A stretch of DNA of 64,000 bases from Macrostomum hystrix (GCA_950097015.1 CATNEN010000011.1:6575088-6639087), one strand, 5' to 3'. Shown: positions 1 through 13,442, counted from the stretch's first letter. Notes: generated by a model from the letters alone, not told the origin. Made by a program: numbers and translations.

Positions 1-870
1 AGTGTCTGTTCAGTACATTCCTCTCAGTGTCTGTTCAGTACATTCCTCTCAGTGTCTGTTCAGTACATTCCTCTCGATGTCTGTTCAGTACATTCCTCTC
101 AGTGTCTGTTCAGTACATTCCTCTCAGTGTCTGTTCAGTACATTCCTCTCAGTGTCAGTTCAGTACATTCCTCTCAGTGTCTGTTCAGTACATTCCTCTC
201 AGTGTCTGTTCAGTACATTCCTCTCAGTGTCTGTTCAGTACATTCCTCTCAGTGTCTGTTCAGTACATTCCTCTCAGTGTCTGTTCAGTACAGTACATTT
301 CCCTCTGTGTCAGTTCAGTACATTCCTCTCAGTGTCAGTTCAGTACAGTACATTCCTCTCAGTGTCAGTTCAGTACATTCCTCTCAGTGTCTGTTCAGTA
401 CATTCCTCTCAGTGTCTGTTCAGTACATTCCTCTCAGTGTCTGTTCAGTACAGTACATTCCTCTCAGTGTCTGTTCAGTACATTCCCCTCAGTTTCAGTT
501 CAGTACAGTACATTCCTCTCAGTGTCTGTTCAGTACATTCCTCTCAGTGTCTGTTCAGTACATTCCTCTCAGTGTCTGTTCAGTACAGTACATTCCTCTC
601 AGTGTCTGTTCAGTACATTCCTCTCAGTGTCTGTTCAGTACAGTACATTCCTCTCAGTGTCTGTTCAGTACATTCCCCTCAGTGTCTGTTCAGTACAGTA
701 CATTCCTCTCAGTGTCTGTTCAGTACAGTACATTCCTCTCAGTGTCTGTTCAGTACATTCCCCTCAGTTTCAGTTCAGTACAGTACATTCCTCTCAGTGT
801 CTGTTCAGTACAGTACATTCCTCTGTGTCAGTTCAGTACATTCCCCTCAGTGTAGGTTCAGTACATTCCT
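1..870. repeat. Minisatellite, 25-bp unit AGTGTCTGTTCAGTACATTCCTCTC with 30-bp variants (extra CAGTA); runs off the window start
   Basis: Periodicity is directly visible; the three repetitive ORFs at 2-928 are its translations. Confidence 0.97.
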
Positions 871-1242
871 ATTAACCTTGTCTTGTACATATTTACCTGT
901 CGGTCATATGCATTTCACCGATCAGTAAGTTTTCAATAACTTCAACGTATGATTCAGAAAGTATATTGCACTTTAGTGTAGCCTCGCTGACGCAGTTGAA
1001 TTTAAATTGCACTTAAATTGCCATAGACAGTTGCAATCCTTCATGTGGTAGTCATTGGCAGAAACCTCGCTTATAAAGTTAGCAAATATGATCACAAGCC
1101 GAATGGAAACCAACAGTGAATAGCCGAACTGCAATTTCGGCTTCAACAAACTAGAAGTTCGGTCTGACAAACGTTGAAATCTGAAGCAATTCTCTGTTTA
1201 GACCGAGCTGGCTGGTCTGACCAATAGTGGAGCCCACCCGAA

Positions 1243-4200
1243 ATGCGACAACCAATCCTAGCGCGTCATCAGCAGGTGAGACATTTCTGTGTATCGGTGC
1301 TAGATAAAGAGACGTACGTTTTTCCCTGACTTTCCCCAGTAGCCAACAAAACGCATCTTGAACGTTGCAGCAACAGCTAAAGGAAATGCCAGTGTCAGTG
1401 GAGCCGACAGCCACAATGAAGCCATTGCAGACGGCATCATACATCGAAAGCAATGCGACAGTCAGCAAGCTGTGGAAGATGCAACAAAGTCCGCCTGCGC
1501 TCGCCGATAACGGAGTCGAAACATCCCAAGAGGCAGAAATGTCAGTTAAGGTCATCAGTAATTTCGAAAACAGCAACAGCAGCAGCGTGCCGCTGGTCAG
1601 GAAGCGCAGAAAAGCTGAAGTTCTGCTCAGCACCCTCAGGGCCTTTCGCGAAGACGCCGTTGTCGAGCTCAGCGACAAGACTGGCAGCTCTCCAGTTGAC
1701 TTCGGCTCAGCTGCACCTCCCAGACAGGTGCGATGGACCACCAACTGGTTCAGCAATTTCCCAGCCTACGGACTGCACTTAATTCCCAATAGCCCGGCGC
1801 TGCAGCATCAGCAGCTGCTTCATCGCCAGCAGCAGCAGCAGCAAGTTCACTACGCAAGCGGCTCTCCTATTGTGATGACTTCGTCGGTTGCTACGACAGT
1901 CACGGCCGGAGATGTTGCCTCGGCTCATCATCGACATCATCAGCAGCACGTGGCCTCCTGCGCCGCTTGCAGATTCCAGCGTTCTCAGCAGCATCTCCGG
2001 CCCTGCCTGCAGCACGGGCCGCACGCGGTGGCTTACATCTCCCAAGCTGGCAGCATCAACTGCTGCGCCCCCATCCTGCTGGGCTCGCCAGTCAGCCTGG
2101 ACCTCAGCAGCACTGATCGAGGCGTTCGGGCCGAGATGGCTTTCAACGGAGCTCAGGAGCCGGCCACCGCCGCGGCTGCAGCAAGGCCAGAGTTCCAGCA
2201 GCATCAGCAGCAGCAGCAGCAGTTGCAGCTCCGTTTCTCGCAGCAGCAGCAGCCAATCAGTCAGGAACTGCAGCTGAAGTCGCAGCCGTTTGTACAGGTT
2301 CGCAATCCGCTATGCGTGCCCCGCCGCTCCGACTACCTCGCCTCTTGGCGAACCTGCATGGTGCCGATTCTGGATCTGGAGCAGTGTGAGTTTGCTCAGC
2401 AATCTAATTATCCCATTTCATTATTAGTTTACTGCCATTTAAATTCCAGTAATGTAACTTTAGTGCCATTCCAATGCCAGTTTAGTGTCATTCCAATGCC
2501 AGTTTAGTGTCATTCCAATGCCAGTTTAGTGCCATTCCAATGCCAGTTTAGTGTCATTCCAATGCCAGTTTAGTGCCATTCCAATGCCAGTTTAGTGTCA
2601 TTCCAATGCCAGTTTAGTACCATTCCAATGCCAGTTTAGTACCATTCCAATGCCAGTTTAGTACCATTCCAATGCCAGTTTAGTGTCATTCCAATGCCAG
2701 TTTAGTGTCATTCCAATGCCAGTTTAGTACCATTCCAATGCCAGTTTAGTGTCATTCCAATGCCAGTTTAGTGCCATTCCAATGCCAGTTTAGTGTCATT
2801 CCAATGCCAGTTTAGTGTCATTCCAATGCCAGTTTAGTGCCATTCCAATGCCAGTTTAGTGCCATTCCAATGCCAGTTTAGTGTCATTCCAATGCCAGTT
2901 TAGTGCCATTCCAATGCCAGTTTAGTGTCATTCCAATGCTAGTTTAGTTTGATTCCAATGCCATTTGAAAGTGATTTTAATTTCTACATATTGCACGATT
3001 TACAGTTTTATAAAGTGCTTCTAGGATAAATAGCTAAAAACGTGTTGAAAACTTAAATCCCATTTTCCATATAGACTTAATCCTTTGCTGTAAAAGTACT
3101 TTACTTCCATATTAAGTACTATGGTGATTAATATGGGCTGGTCAGGTTAGCCATTTAATGCCTTTAACGGCAATTAATTTGTCTAGTTGTTTTCTAAAAC
3201 TTAAAAAAGAATTGAAGAAGTTTTTTACGCGGATCAGTTTTTTGTTTCCATCGCCGAAGACAGTGACAAAGGTAGGACAATTAAGGCTTAAAATGCGGAT
3301 GGGATGGGAAAAGGGGATTTGAAAGGTGCCGGCATGAGCAGACTATTAAATCCTAGCATTTTGGGCCATTAAATATGTCTTTTGCGTAGCCAGCATCCAC
3401 AGGACACCATGGACACCAGAGCCAATGCAAATGGACCGCCTACTCACGGGATTTACTAAACGCCTTAATCTCCCCCAACCACCCCAACTCAAAGCCCTTC
3501 CTGGCTCTCCTAAACTCCTGACTCAGCTTTGACACGTCTGGTACTTAACGACTAAATGTCGAGTTTTTTTAGAAGAAAAATTCTATCGTTGGCCCACTCT
3601 CATTGTTTCTAAGCAGGAAATGACAGGCGATGAAAAGGGGCGCCCTGCTACAGGTGGGATTTTTGAGAGCGATTCGTGTCACGTTTCATCGCGCCATGAA
3701 TTCTGCAAATGCTTTGGGCACTGATGGCTCTGTGACATTTTTTGAACCCGCTGGCTCTGACTCTTTAACTCTCTCTCCCCTCTCTTCTATCTCGTTCTCT
3801 CTCTCCTCTCTCCTATCTCATTCTCTCTCTCCTCTCTCCCATCTCATTCTCTCCCTCCTCTCTCCCATCTCATTCTCTCCCCCCTCTCTTCTATCTCGTT
3901 CTCTCTCTCCTCTCTCCTATCTCATTCTCTGTGTCCTCTCTCCTATCTCATACTCTCTCTCCTCTCTCCTATCTCGTTCTCTCTCTCCTCTCTCCTATCT
4001 CATTCTCTCCCTCCTCTCTCCCTCCTCTCTCCTATCTCGTTCTCTCTCTCCTCTCTCCTATCTCATTCTCTCCCTCCTCTCTCCCTCCTCTCTCCTATCT
4101 CGTTCTCTCTCTCCTCTCTCCTATCTCATTCTCTCCCTCCTCTCTCCTATCTCATTCTCTCCCTCCTCTCTCCCTCCTCTCTCCTATCTCGTTCTCTCTC

Positions 4201-7200
4201 TCCTCTCTCCTATCTCATTCTCTCCCTCCTCTCTCCTATCTCATTCTCTCTCTCCTCTCTCCTATCTCATTCTCTCCCTCCTCTCTCCCTCCTCTCTCCT
4301 ATCTCGTTCTCTCTCTCCTCTCTCCTTCTCTCGTTTTTTTCAGCCCTCTACTCTCATCTCCATATTATCATCAACTTCTCTCTGATCCTCTCCCTCTTAT
4401 TATCACTCTGTCTGGGCATATTCTCCTTTGTTCTTCCCAAAGTAAACTTGATCAGAAAAGGTCGAAACTATGGCTATTTTGTCGTGAACGTGCGTGCGAT
4501 ATTTTTGTATTGTTTATTCATTAATTCTCTTCTCCAACTCCAAAACTTCCAAATCCCACTCCCTAGCTCTCTCCCCTTCCTACAATAACCCACGACTCTC
4601 GAGGCCAGGCATGCGACTTGAGCTTGAGTTCGCCACCGCCGCCACCACGTGACAAAATCTAGAAGTTAAAAAAGAAATGGAAGTTGGGAATTGTTATATT
4701 TTGTCGACTGCGTATCGGTTTTGACTATAAATTCGCGCTGTATGAAAGGAAGGGGGTCGGACTGAGGTGGCGCCTGAAAAATATCTGAGTCTAGTCTACA
4801 GCTGGGCTAGAGTTGAATCTTAGCGGAGGGATTTTGGCGGTCAAAACACGGCGGCTAGAAGCAGTTGAGTTAGTGTGTAGCTTCTCAGTCAATTGGCCTG
4901 TACATTCCGCATACTGTACGCACCACCCCGTGCTAGCCAAGCATGCGGGACAGCTTTTAGCGCCATGGCTAGAGCTTTGGTCTACTGAACAAGACGTCGT
5001 GAGTTCGAATCTTAGCCTAAGGATGACAGTTTCTGTCCTAGAGCTAGACACTTGATTCCCAATGTAGAGCTCTGATGGGAGAGGATGGAGGGCAGACAGG
5101 GGAGAGGATGTAGGGAAGAGGATGGAGGGCAGAGAGGGGAGAGGATGTTGGGAAGAGAATGAAGGGCAGAGAGGGGAGAGGATGCAAAGCAGACAGGGGG
5201 AGGATGGAGATCAGAGAGGGGAGAGGATGGAGGGCAGAGAGGGGAGAGGATGGAGGGCAGAGATCGTGGAGAGGATGCAAAGCAGAGAGGGGGAGGATGG
5301 AGGGCAGAGAGGGGAGAGGATGGAGGGCAGAGAGGGGAGAGGATGGAGGGCAGAGAGGGGAGAGGATGGAGGGCAGAGAGGGGAGAGGATGGAGGGCAGA
5401 GAGGGGAGAGGATGGAGGGCAGAGATCGTGGAGAGGATGCAAAGCAGAGGGGAGAGGATGGAGGGCAGAGAGGGGAGAGGATGGAGGGCAGAGAGGGGAG
5501 AGGATGGAGGGCAGAGAGGGGAGAGGATGGAGGGCAGAGAGGGGAGAGGATGGAGGGCAGAGAGGGGAGAGGATGGAGGGCAGAGAGGGGAGAGGATGGA
5601 GGGCAGAGAGGGGAAAGGATGGAGGGCAGAGATCGTGGAGAGGATGCAAAGCAGAGGGGAGAGGATGCAGGGCAGAGGGGAAAGGATGGAGGGCAGAGGG
5701 GAGAGGATGGAGGGCAGAGGGGAGAGAATGGAGAGCAGAGAGGGGAGTATTAGTTCGATGGCAGCAGGTGATAAGTGAGATTAATTGTGATCTTAAGCCA
5801 AGATCAACAAGAAGTGACATTGTCTGCCGAGTTAAGATATTCGCAGTTGAAAAAACGCAAACTTAAGAATGTTGGCTTGTTTGTGTCCAAGGTATCCTTA
5901 TTTGAGTGCAGAGGTTGTCAAGTCGTAGTGCGAACTCGGTATTGAAAAGCGGTGCTTTGGGTCGCTGTCCTTTTTTAGTATCTAGAGCAAAAATCTACAC
6001 TTAGCCGACTGAATGAAATGGTGTGAGCTGAGTGAGGGCTGATTTTGAGCTGATAAACTAGAGATAAACGGTTATTTTGTACGTTTGTGACAGCGAGTGT
6101 ACCACGAAGGTTTCTCTTGGATTTAAGCCAGCTTAGGCCAATGAGTAAGCTCTTGAGTTTGTAGGGCTGCTAAACTCCTTGTTGATTGTTCACACAGAAG
6201 GGGATCAACAACAGCAGCAGGTGCCTGGATGCGGCACCAATGCGTGTTTTCTTGCACTAATAGCTAATGCCGCGGGCAAGTTTTTGTTCGAGTAAAAAGT
6301 AGGGAAATCAATCCTATTGAACGAAAACAATTCGACTGATCCCACTATACCGACGGAAAGCTCATATAGCATTATGACCGATCTTAAACCTATATGACCG
6401 ATCTTAAACTCTTATGACCGATCTTAAACTCTTATGACCGATCAAAAACCTAAATGACCGATCTTAAACTCTTATGACCGATCTTAAACTCTTATGACCG
6501 ATCTTAAACCTATATGACCGATAAAAAACCTAAATGACCGATCTTATAACTATATGACCGATTTTTAACGAATATGACCGATCTTAAAAACCCTTATGAC
6601 CGATCTTAAACTCTTATGACCGATCTTAAACTCTTATGACCGATCTTAAACTCTTATGACCGATCTTAAACTTATATGACCGATCAAAAACCTAAATGAC
6701 CGATCTTAAACTCTTATGACCGATCTTAAACTCTTATGACCGATCTTAAACTCTTATGACCGATCTTAAACCTATATTACCGATCAAAAACCTAAATGAC
6801 CGATCTTATAACTATATGACCGATTTTTAAACGAATATGACCGATCTTAAAAACCCTTATGACCGATCTTAAACCTATGTGACCGATCTTAAACCTATAT
6901 TACCGATCAAAAACCTAAATGACCGATCTTATAACTATATGACCGATTTTTAAACGAATATGACCGATCTTAAAAACCCTTATGACCGATCTTAAACCTA
7001 TGTGACCGATCTTAAACCTATATGACCGATCTTAAACTTATATGACCGATCTTAAACCCTTATGACCGATCTTAAACCCTTATGACCGATTTCAAACCTA
7101 TAATACCGATCAAAAACCTAAATGACCGATCTTAAACCCTTATGACCGATTTTAAACCTATATGACCGATCAAAAACCTAAATGACCGATCTTATAACTA

Positions 7201-10200
7201 TATGACCGATTTTTAAACGAATATGACCGATCTTAAAAACCCTTTTGACCGATCTTAAAAACCATTATGACCGATCTTAAACCTATGTGACCGATCTTAA
7301 ACCTATATGACCGATCTTAAACTTATATGACCGATCTAAAACCCTTATGACCGATCTTAAACCCTTATGACCGATCTTAAACCCTTATGACCGATCTTAA
7401 ACCCTTATGACCGATCTTAAACCCTTATGACCGATTTCAAACCTATAATACCGATCAAAAACCTAAATGACCGATCTTAAACCCTTATGACCGATCTTAA
7501 ACCCTTATGACCGATCTTAAACCCTTATGACCGATTTCAAACCTATATTACCGATCAAAAACCTAAATGACCGATCTTATAACTATCTTACCGATTTTTT
7601 AACGAATATGACCGATCTCTATCCCATTTAAAATATCTTAAATATTTTATCCGCAACTGTAAATCTAAAACGTTAATGACCGTTGTTTAATTGTAAATGG
7701 TAAACTTTTTACTTATATTGAAATAATGGACCTAAAATGTGTATGATGAATTTGAAGAAGACTGAAGTTAAACCTTAATGAGTGATTTTAAGTGACCTAT
7801 TTTAAACAATGATAACGAAATTGATAGTTATCTATTAAATAAAATTACTGTCATCATGTAAAGAATTGTGTAATCTATGATGAAATTTGTCTACGTGGTT
7901 TATTGATTACAAAATGCGTAGGACAATTTCATAGTCCTTAGCACGCTACAGCTGATTATTGTCCTTTATAGCACTTTTCAAATTCTAGAACCTTGTCAAA
8001 AATTTCCAGATTTGAGGCTCAGGAAATCCTAGGATTGGGATATTTTAATCAGCAGGGAATTTCTCTGGCATGCTACAAGGATTTAGTGTTCCGCCAGCAA
8101 TCAATAGGGGATCAGAACAACGAGACAACTTTCCCCAATAGGGGAAGTCACTTGTTACTAGGGGAAGTGAAATTTTATTTTCTGGATTTAACCACATCAC
8201 TTCCTCATCGCTAAGTATTCGAGTACCTGCCAGCAGACGAAACTGATATCTCTCACCTTATTGAGATGCTCACATGTCAGAATAAAAGTAGAATCCATAG
8301 GTTTAATGGTCAGTCTAATCGGTCGAAGGGTGTTGACTCAATAATTTGCACTTTTATCTAAACTGGCGTGTGTAAACTATAGAATGTTTTAATCAATAAC
8401 TTTATTTGTGGATAATAGCTGAGCCTGTTAAACTCTAGCAGAACCTGTTAGACACTGACAGAACCTGTTAGACAGTAGCAGAACCTGTTAGACACTGACA
8501 GAACCTGTTAGACAGTAGCAGAAACTGTTAGACGCTAGCTGAGCCTGTTAGACAGTAGCTAAACCTGTTAGACAGTAGCTAAACCTGTTAGACAGTAGCT
8601 GAGCCTGTTAGACAGTAGCTAAACCTGTTAGTCAGTAGCTGAGCCTGTTAGTCAGTAGCTGAGCCTGTTAGTCAGTAGCTAAGCCTGTTAGTCAGTAGCT
8701 AAGCCTGTTAGACAGTAGCTAAACCTGTTAGACAGTAGCTGAGCCTGTTAGACAGTAGCTGAACCTGTTAGACAGTAGCAGAACCAGTTAGACATTGACA
8801 GAACCTTTTAGACACTAGAAGAACCTGTTAGACAGAAGCTGAGCCTGTTAGACAGTAGCTAAACCTGTTAGACACTAGCAGAAACTGTTAAACAGTAGCT
8901 GAGCCTGTTTACGTGGTTTATTTAGCTGAGCCTGTTACTGAACCTGTTAGACACTGAAATCCAATGCTTTCTAAACGCTCCAGTTGCCCAGATGAAGCCG
9001 CCCTGCCCAAAGTGGCGCCATCTGGCCAATCGCAGCGCAGGCAGTGTGCTGCTGTTCACTCTGATGTGCTACAACATTCTGAGCGATCAGTACGCTTCGC
9101 CTAAGAGCTACTGGTACTGCCCGCCATGGGCTTTGGCATGGTCTTTCAGGCGACAGGGAATTCTGGAGAACATTAGCGCCCACCTGCCAACTGTTGTGTG
9201 CCTACAGGTGAGTCAGATTATCTTCGCTAAAGTTATCTTTCATTAATTCATAAACAATAATCACGTCGAATTTACTACCTGCCTCCAGAGACCTGTCTGA
9301 TATTCTCAGGGCATATCACGTGACCTTAACAAGCCAAGCCAAACCTAGACACCTTGCTCATTGAAAAAGAACCGTACACAAAATCATCCACCTCATTCCC
9401 TGCTCTAAGCCAATAGGAATCATGCAGAAAATCATCAACCTCACTCCTTGCCCTTATCCAATTAAACTATGCAAAAAGCCATCCACCTCATCCATTGCTC
9501 TCAGCCAATAAAAAACACGTAAAACGGCCCACCTCACTCCTTGCTCTTAGCCAATAGGAATCATGCGAAAAGTCACCTACCTCAATCCTATTTTTCAACC
9601 AACAAGAAACAACAAGAAACCCACCTCACTCGTGAAACTTCAGCCCTTCCAGCCTTAGCAGGTAAAGACGAAAACCAATCAAAACTTCATATCCTCATCT
9701 ACTCAGGAAGTGGAGACGGAGCAGTACTACTCGTTCTTTCTGCCGCATTTGACTCGTCGCGGCTATGACGGCATTTTTTCGCCAAAGTCGCGCGCAAAAA
9801 CCATGGACGACCGGCTGAGGAAACGAGTCGACGGATGCGCAATCTTCTGGAAGAGAAGCGAGTGAGTAAAGAGCTGGCGCCCTGTTGAAGGGTTCGTTTG
9901 AAATCGATTCGGGAATTATGACTACATAGTCCCCCCTGAGCTGAACTCAACAGCCATAGAAACATTTTTACGTGAATGAGTTATTGACTATTGCAATAGC
10001 TATATTCTCAAAGTTACTATGGGGTGGGGTATGGGGGACACTTTGCTCTCGTAGATTTCCATTGTTGATTAGTTCCTATAAGAAAGGGGGAATTTATTTT
10101 GAGAGCAGTTCTTGACCAGATCACATGACTCAATGCATGCTATGGTATTGTATTGCTTGCATTGGAATCTAGGCTGAAATTATAGAGAAAATGACCTAAT

Positions 10201-12060
10201 GCGAGAAGGCAGCTGTGAAAATCACCCGCATTGGGTGCCATTAAGATTATAAAATTTAATGTAATATAACTAGTTGTCTAACAAATGAAAAACTCTTGGA
10301 AAAAAACTAACGAACTTCTCTAAGTGTCAGCTATCCGTTAAAAATATGTTTCCTTTTTAACGAAGTTACATAAAGTTTTTAACGATCTAGTGTTCTCAAG
10401 AGTTATCTGAAGAATAAATTTAAATTCAATGATCCCAACTCGAAATTGAGCACAGATTTAGCCTTGTCGAAGAGCACGTTATTGAGTTCAGTCAGCAATA
10501 CCTTGAGCACTGTTGGACTCAGCAGCATCAGCAGTGCAGCCCAGACGAGTCTCAGCCATCTTCGCCCAGTCCGTTTCGTGGAAAAGCATCCAGCGAGATA
10601 TTCAACCGAGTGACCGTGCGCGACAACATCGCCCTGGCTGTTGTCCTGACGCCGATGTCCAAGGACGGCTCAAGCTCTGACAGCCGCGACACCAGCCTGA
10701 TGGTTTGCACCTCCCACATGCACTGGGATCCACAGCACTCTGATGTCAAGCTGATCCAGACTGTCGTGCTGACCAGCGCACTGGCTGCCAAGATCAAACA
10801 GTTCAGGGCTTCGACCGGGGCCGCCTCGCTACCGTTGGTCCTCTGCGGCGATTTCAACTCGCTGCCTGATTCTGGTGAGCCGACTGACCCAGCTCTGTTT
10901 CTGTTCACCTGTTAGACAGCAGGGTCACCTGTTAGGCAGGAGTGTCACCTGTTAGGCAGGAGTGTCACCTGTTAGACAGCAGGGTCACCTGTTAGGCAGG
11001 AGTGTCACCTGTTAGACAGCAGGGTCACCTGTTAGACAGGAGTGTCACCTGTTAGACAGGAGTGTCACCTGTTAGATAGGAGTGTCAACTGTTAGACAAA
11101 AGTGTCACCTGTTAGACTGGGGTGTTACCTGTTAGGCAGGAGTGTCACCTGTTAGACAGCAGGGTCATCTGTTAGACAGAAGTGTCACCTGTTAGACTGG
11201 GGTGTCACCTGTTAGGCAGGAGTGTCACCTGTTAGGCAGGAGTGTCACCTGTTAGACAGCAGGGTCATCTGTTAGACAGAAGTGTCACCTGTTAGACAGG
11301 AGTGTCACCTGTTAGACAGGAGTGTCACCTGTTAGACAGGAGTGTCACCTGTTAGACAGGAGTGTCACCTGTTAGACAGGAGTGTCACCTGTTAGACAAA
11401 AGTGTCACCTGTTAGACTGGGGTGTTACCTGTTCCATCAAAATGTTACATATCAATTCTCCTATTAAGTAGGCCTACTGAGACTTGCAAATAAAAAATAA
11501 CATGAAAAAATTGCGGCAAACACAAGCATCGAACAACATTGAGCTGGAAAACATTTTAGCTCCCATTCGCTTTTATTTTCTAAATCCCTTTTATGTTATT
11601 GACCAGAGAATAAATATTTTTAGATCAGTTATTATTACTAAGCCTACTTAACTGTGCTTTAATCCAAATTCAATCCAAAGCTAACATTCAATTATCACAA
11701 CTGTCAAATCCATGGAGGAATAGCGAAATATATTCGCCCTCAAAGTCTTTTTGTTCTGAATTTCTACAAAATGAGCGTCATTCTTATTTTAAAGGACAGA
11801 AAGTACTCGGCTTGAGAATTTGCTGCTCGGAATTTCCAGTAAAATTCTCCCCCTTTTTCCGCACACTTAATATTCGGGATAAATTTAAAAAAATTATTAC
11901 AAAATTTTCTCAAGGCGTGATCGAGTTTCTGAATCAGGGTTCGGTTGAGCGCGATCATCCGGAATTTCGCCGACTCGGTCGAGATCCCTCGCTTGATGGC
12001 CTGAAACTGCCGATGGAGCAGAATTCGACTGACTGCCACTCGCCAACTGAGTCTTCCTTG

Positions 12061-12134
<74 letters not shown>

Positions 12135-13442
12135 CAGCAGCAGCAATTTCTCGCATTCACTGGATCTGGCCTCCTGCTACAGTGCGGTGGACATGACCTA
12201 CACTAATTACACGTAAGTTTGGCCTTTACCCCCTTTTAGAACCTCATTAACTTTATCCGCTTACCTGCATGACTGGTCACTTGATGTTTAAATGCTCGCT
12301 TACAAACCCCTGGCGACTCAATGTACGTTAATTAATCGACAAACCCCTACCCTTCAATGTACATTCAATATCCACAAAGCTCTGCCCTCAACGTACATTC
12401 ATTATCCACAAGCCTCTATCCCTCAATGTACATTCACTATCCACAAACCTCTACCCTTCAATGTACATTCGAAATCTACAAACCTCTACCTATCAATGTA
12501 CACTTATTCCAACACACGCAGTCATTCTTTCAAAGCAATAATAAGCAAGAAGTTTAAAGTGAGTTTTTTAAGTGCGATGAAAAAAGGAGAACGCGTGAAG
12601 GACAAAAAAGCTCACACCAGAAAATCCAAAGGTGGTTTTGCGTTCAGTCTGCAGATTTCACTGCTTCGGACTTTTGCAAATAGCAAAAATAGCAAAACCT
12701 AGTAGCAGATGAAAGTCACTGCTGCTGAAAACAATGAAAGGCTGAAAACAAATTTCAAGTTCCGGGTAATTTCTGCTTCTCTATTGTACCATAACCTTTT
12801 TGCCCGGCGGGCAGAAAGTCTTGCCCGTTAATGGCCATAGACATTAATGAATTAATAGACATTAACCGCCCGCAAAAAAGGCATCGACCAATAGGAATGG
12901 CTTACTGCATTTACCCTCTAAACTGGGGACACCACTGAATAACAGTCCAAGACATTCCCACCGTTTAATACGGTTAATATCCCTGTTAAATACACACAGA
13001 AATTTATAATACACAGCCTGTAAAATCTATGTGTCAACACCCACAATAAATTTCTAACGACTGGCATTAATGTCTAATAACTGACGCAACTTTCTAACAC
13101 CTGAAATCAATTTCTAACACCTGAAATCAATTTCTAACACCTGCCTTCAAATGTTTTAACTGACGTTCCTGTATAGCAAGCATCTAAGCTACCCAGTTGT
13201 AATTTAACAAATCACTTGATTTTGTGCCTGATTTTCAACATGGATCTCGTTCTTGCAGTCACGACTTCAAGGGCGTTATCGACTACATCTTCGCGTCCAG
13301 GCGCCACTTTCGCGTCCTAGACTGTCTGGAGGGCGTGGCTGACTGGCTGCGGTCCGGCAGCGTCATAGGCTGCCCGCACCCCTACGTGCCATCTGACCAC
13401 ATTCCACTAGCTGTGCAGCTGGAGCTGCTGCCCAGCCTCTGA
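1243..13442 (+). CDS. CNOT6: CCR4/CNOT6-family poly(A) deadenylase (EEP nuclease domain) with a long Q/H-rich N-terminal region, ~775 aa, 7 exons
   Basis: Exons 1243-1275, 1371-2385, 8984-9207, 9707-9861, 10456-10874, 11915-12212, 13259-13442. All introns are GT-AG and phase-consistent (2328 nt). Motifs: FTLMCYNIL, YCPPWALAW, CLQEVETEQY, GYDGIFSPKSRAKTM, VDGCAIFW, HMHWDPQHSDVKLIQT, LVLCGDFNSLPDSGV, YTNYTHDFKGVIDYIF, GCPHPYVPSDH. The 5 nuclease exons are very secure. Joining exons 1-2 relies on phase match and proximity. Confidence 0.9.
2455..2965. repeat. Intronic minisatellite, 22-bp unit CCAATGCCAGTTTAGTGTCATT
   Basis: Direct periodicity, starting ~70 bp after the exon-2 donor. Confidence 0.95.
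3770..4390. repeat. CT-rich low-complexity tandem array (CTCTCTCCTATCTCATTCT-type units)
   Basis: Direct. Confidence 0.9.
4958..5016 (+). mobile_element. tRNA-derived SINE-like head (degenerate A box and B box)
   Basis: TAGCGCCATGGCTAGAGCTTTGG...GTCGTGAGTTCGAATC; B box at 5001-5011; no complete cloverleaf. Confidence 0.5.
5075..5745. repeat. GA-rich minisatellite, 23-bp unit AGGGCAGAGAGGGGAGAGGATGG
   Basis: Direct periodicity. Confidence 0.95.
6375..7615. repeat. Minisatellite, ~20-bp unit ATGACCGATCTTAAACCCTT with patterned variants
   Basis: Direct periodicity. Confidence 0.95.
8415..8950. repeat. Minisatellite, 20-bp unit CTGTTAGACAGTAGCTGAGC
   Basis: Direct; ends ~35 bp before the acceptor at 8983. 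Confidence 0.95.
10908..11432. repeat. Minisatellite, 20-bp unit CACCTGTTAGACAGGAGTGT
   Basis: Direct; begins ~33 bp after the donor at 10875. Confidence 0.95.
12064..12144 (+). repeat. Coding (AGC)n trinucleotide repeat encoding 27 consecutive Ser inside the CCR4 nuclease domain
   Basis: Lies in exon 11915-12212, in frame between SSLN and NFSHSLDL. Confidence 0.9.
12325..12500. repeat. Degenerate ~38-bp tandem repeat with core CAATGTACATTC
   Basis: About 5 imperfect units. Confidence 0.75.

Noticed and set aside
2-928. Repetitive ORFs over minisatellites (also 3630-4524, 5044-5866, 17832-18644, 22440-23273, 27959-28537, 31254-31743, 33215-33674, 54637-55340, 58566-59483)
   Set aside because: They are translations of tandem arrays, open in several frames, and mostly lie inside introns of well-supported genes
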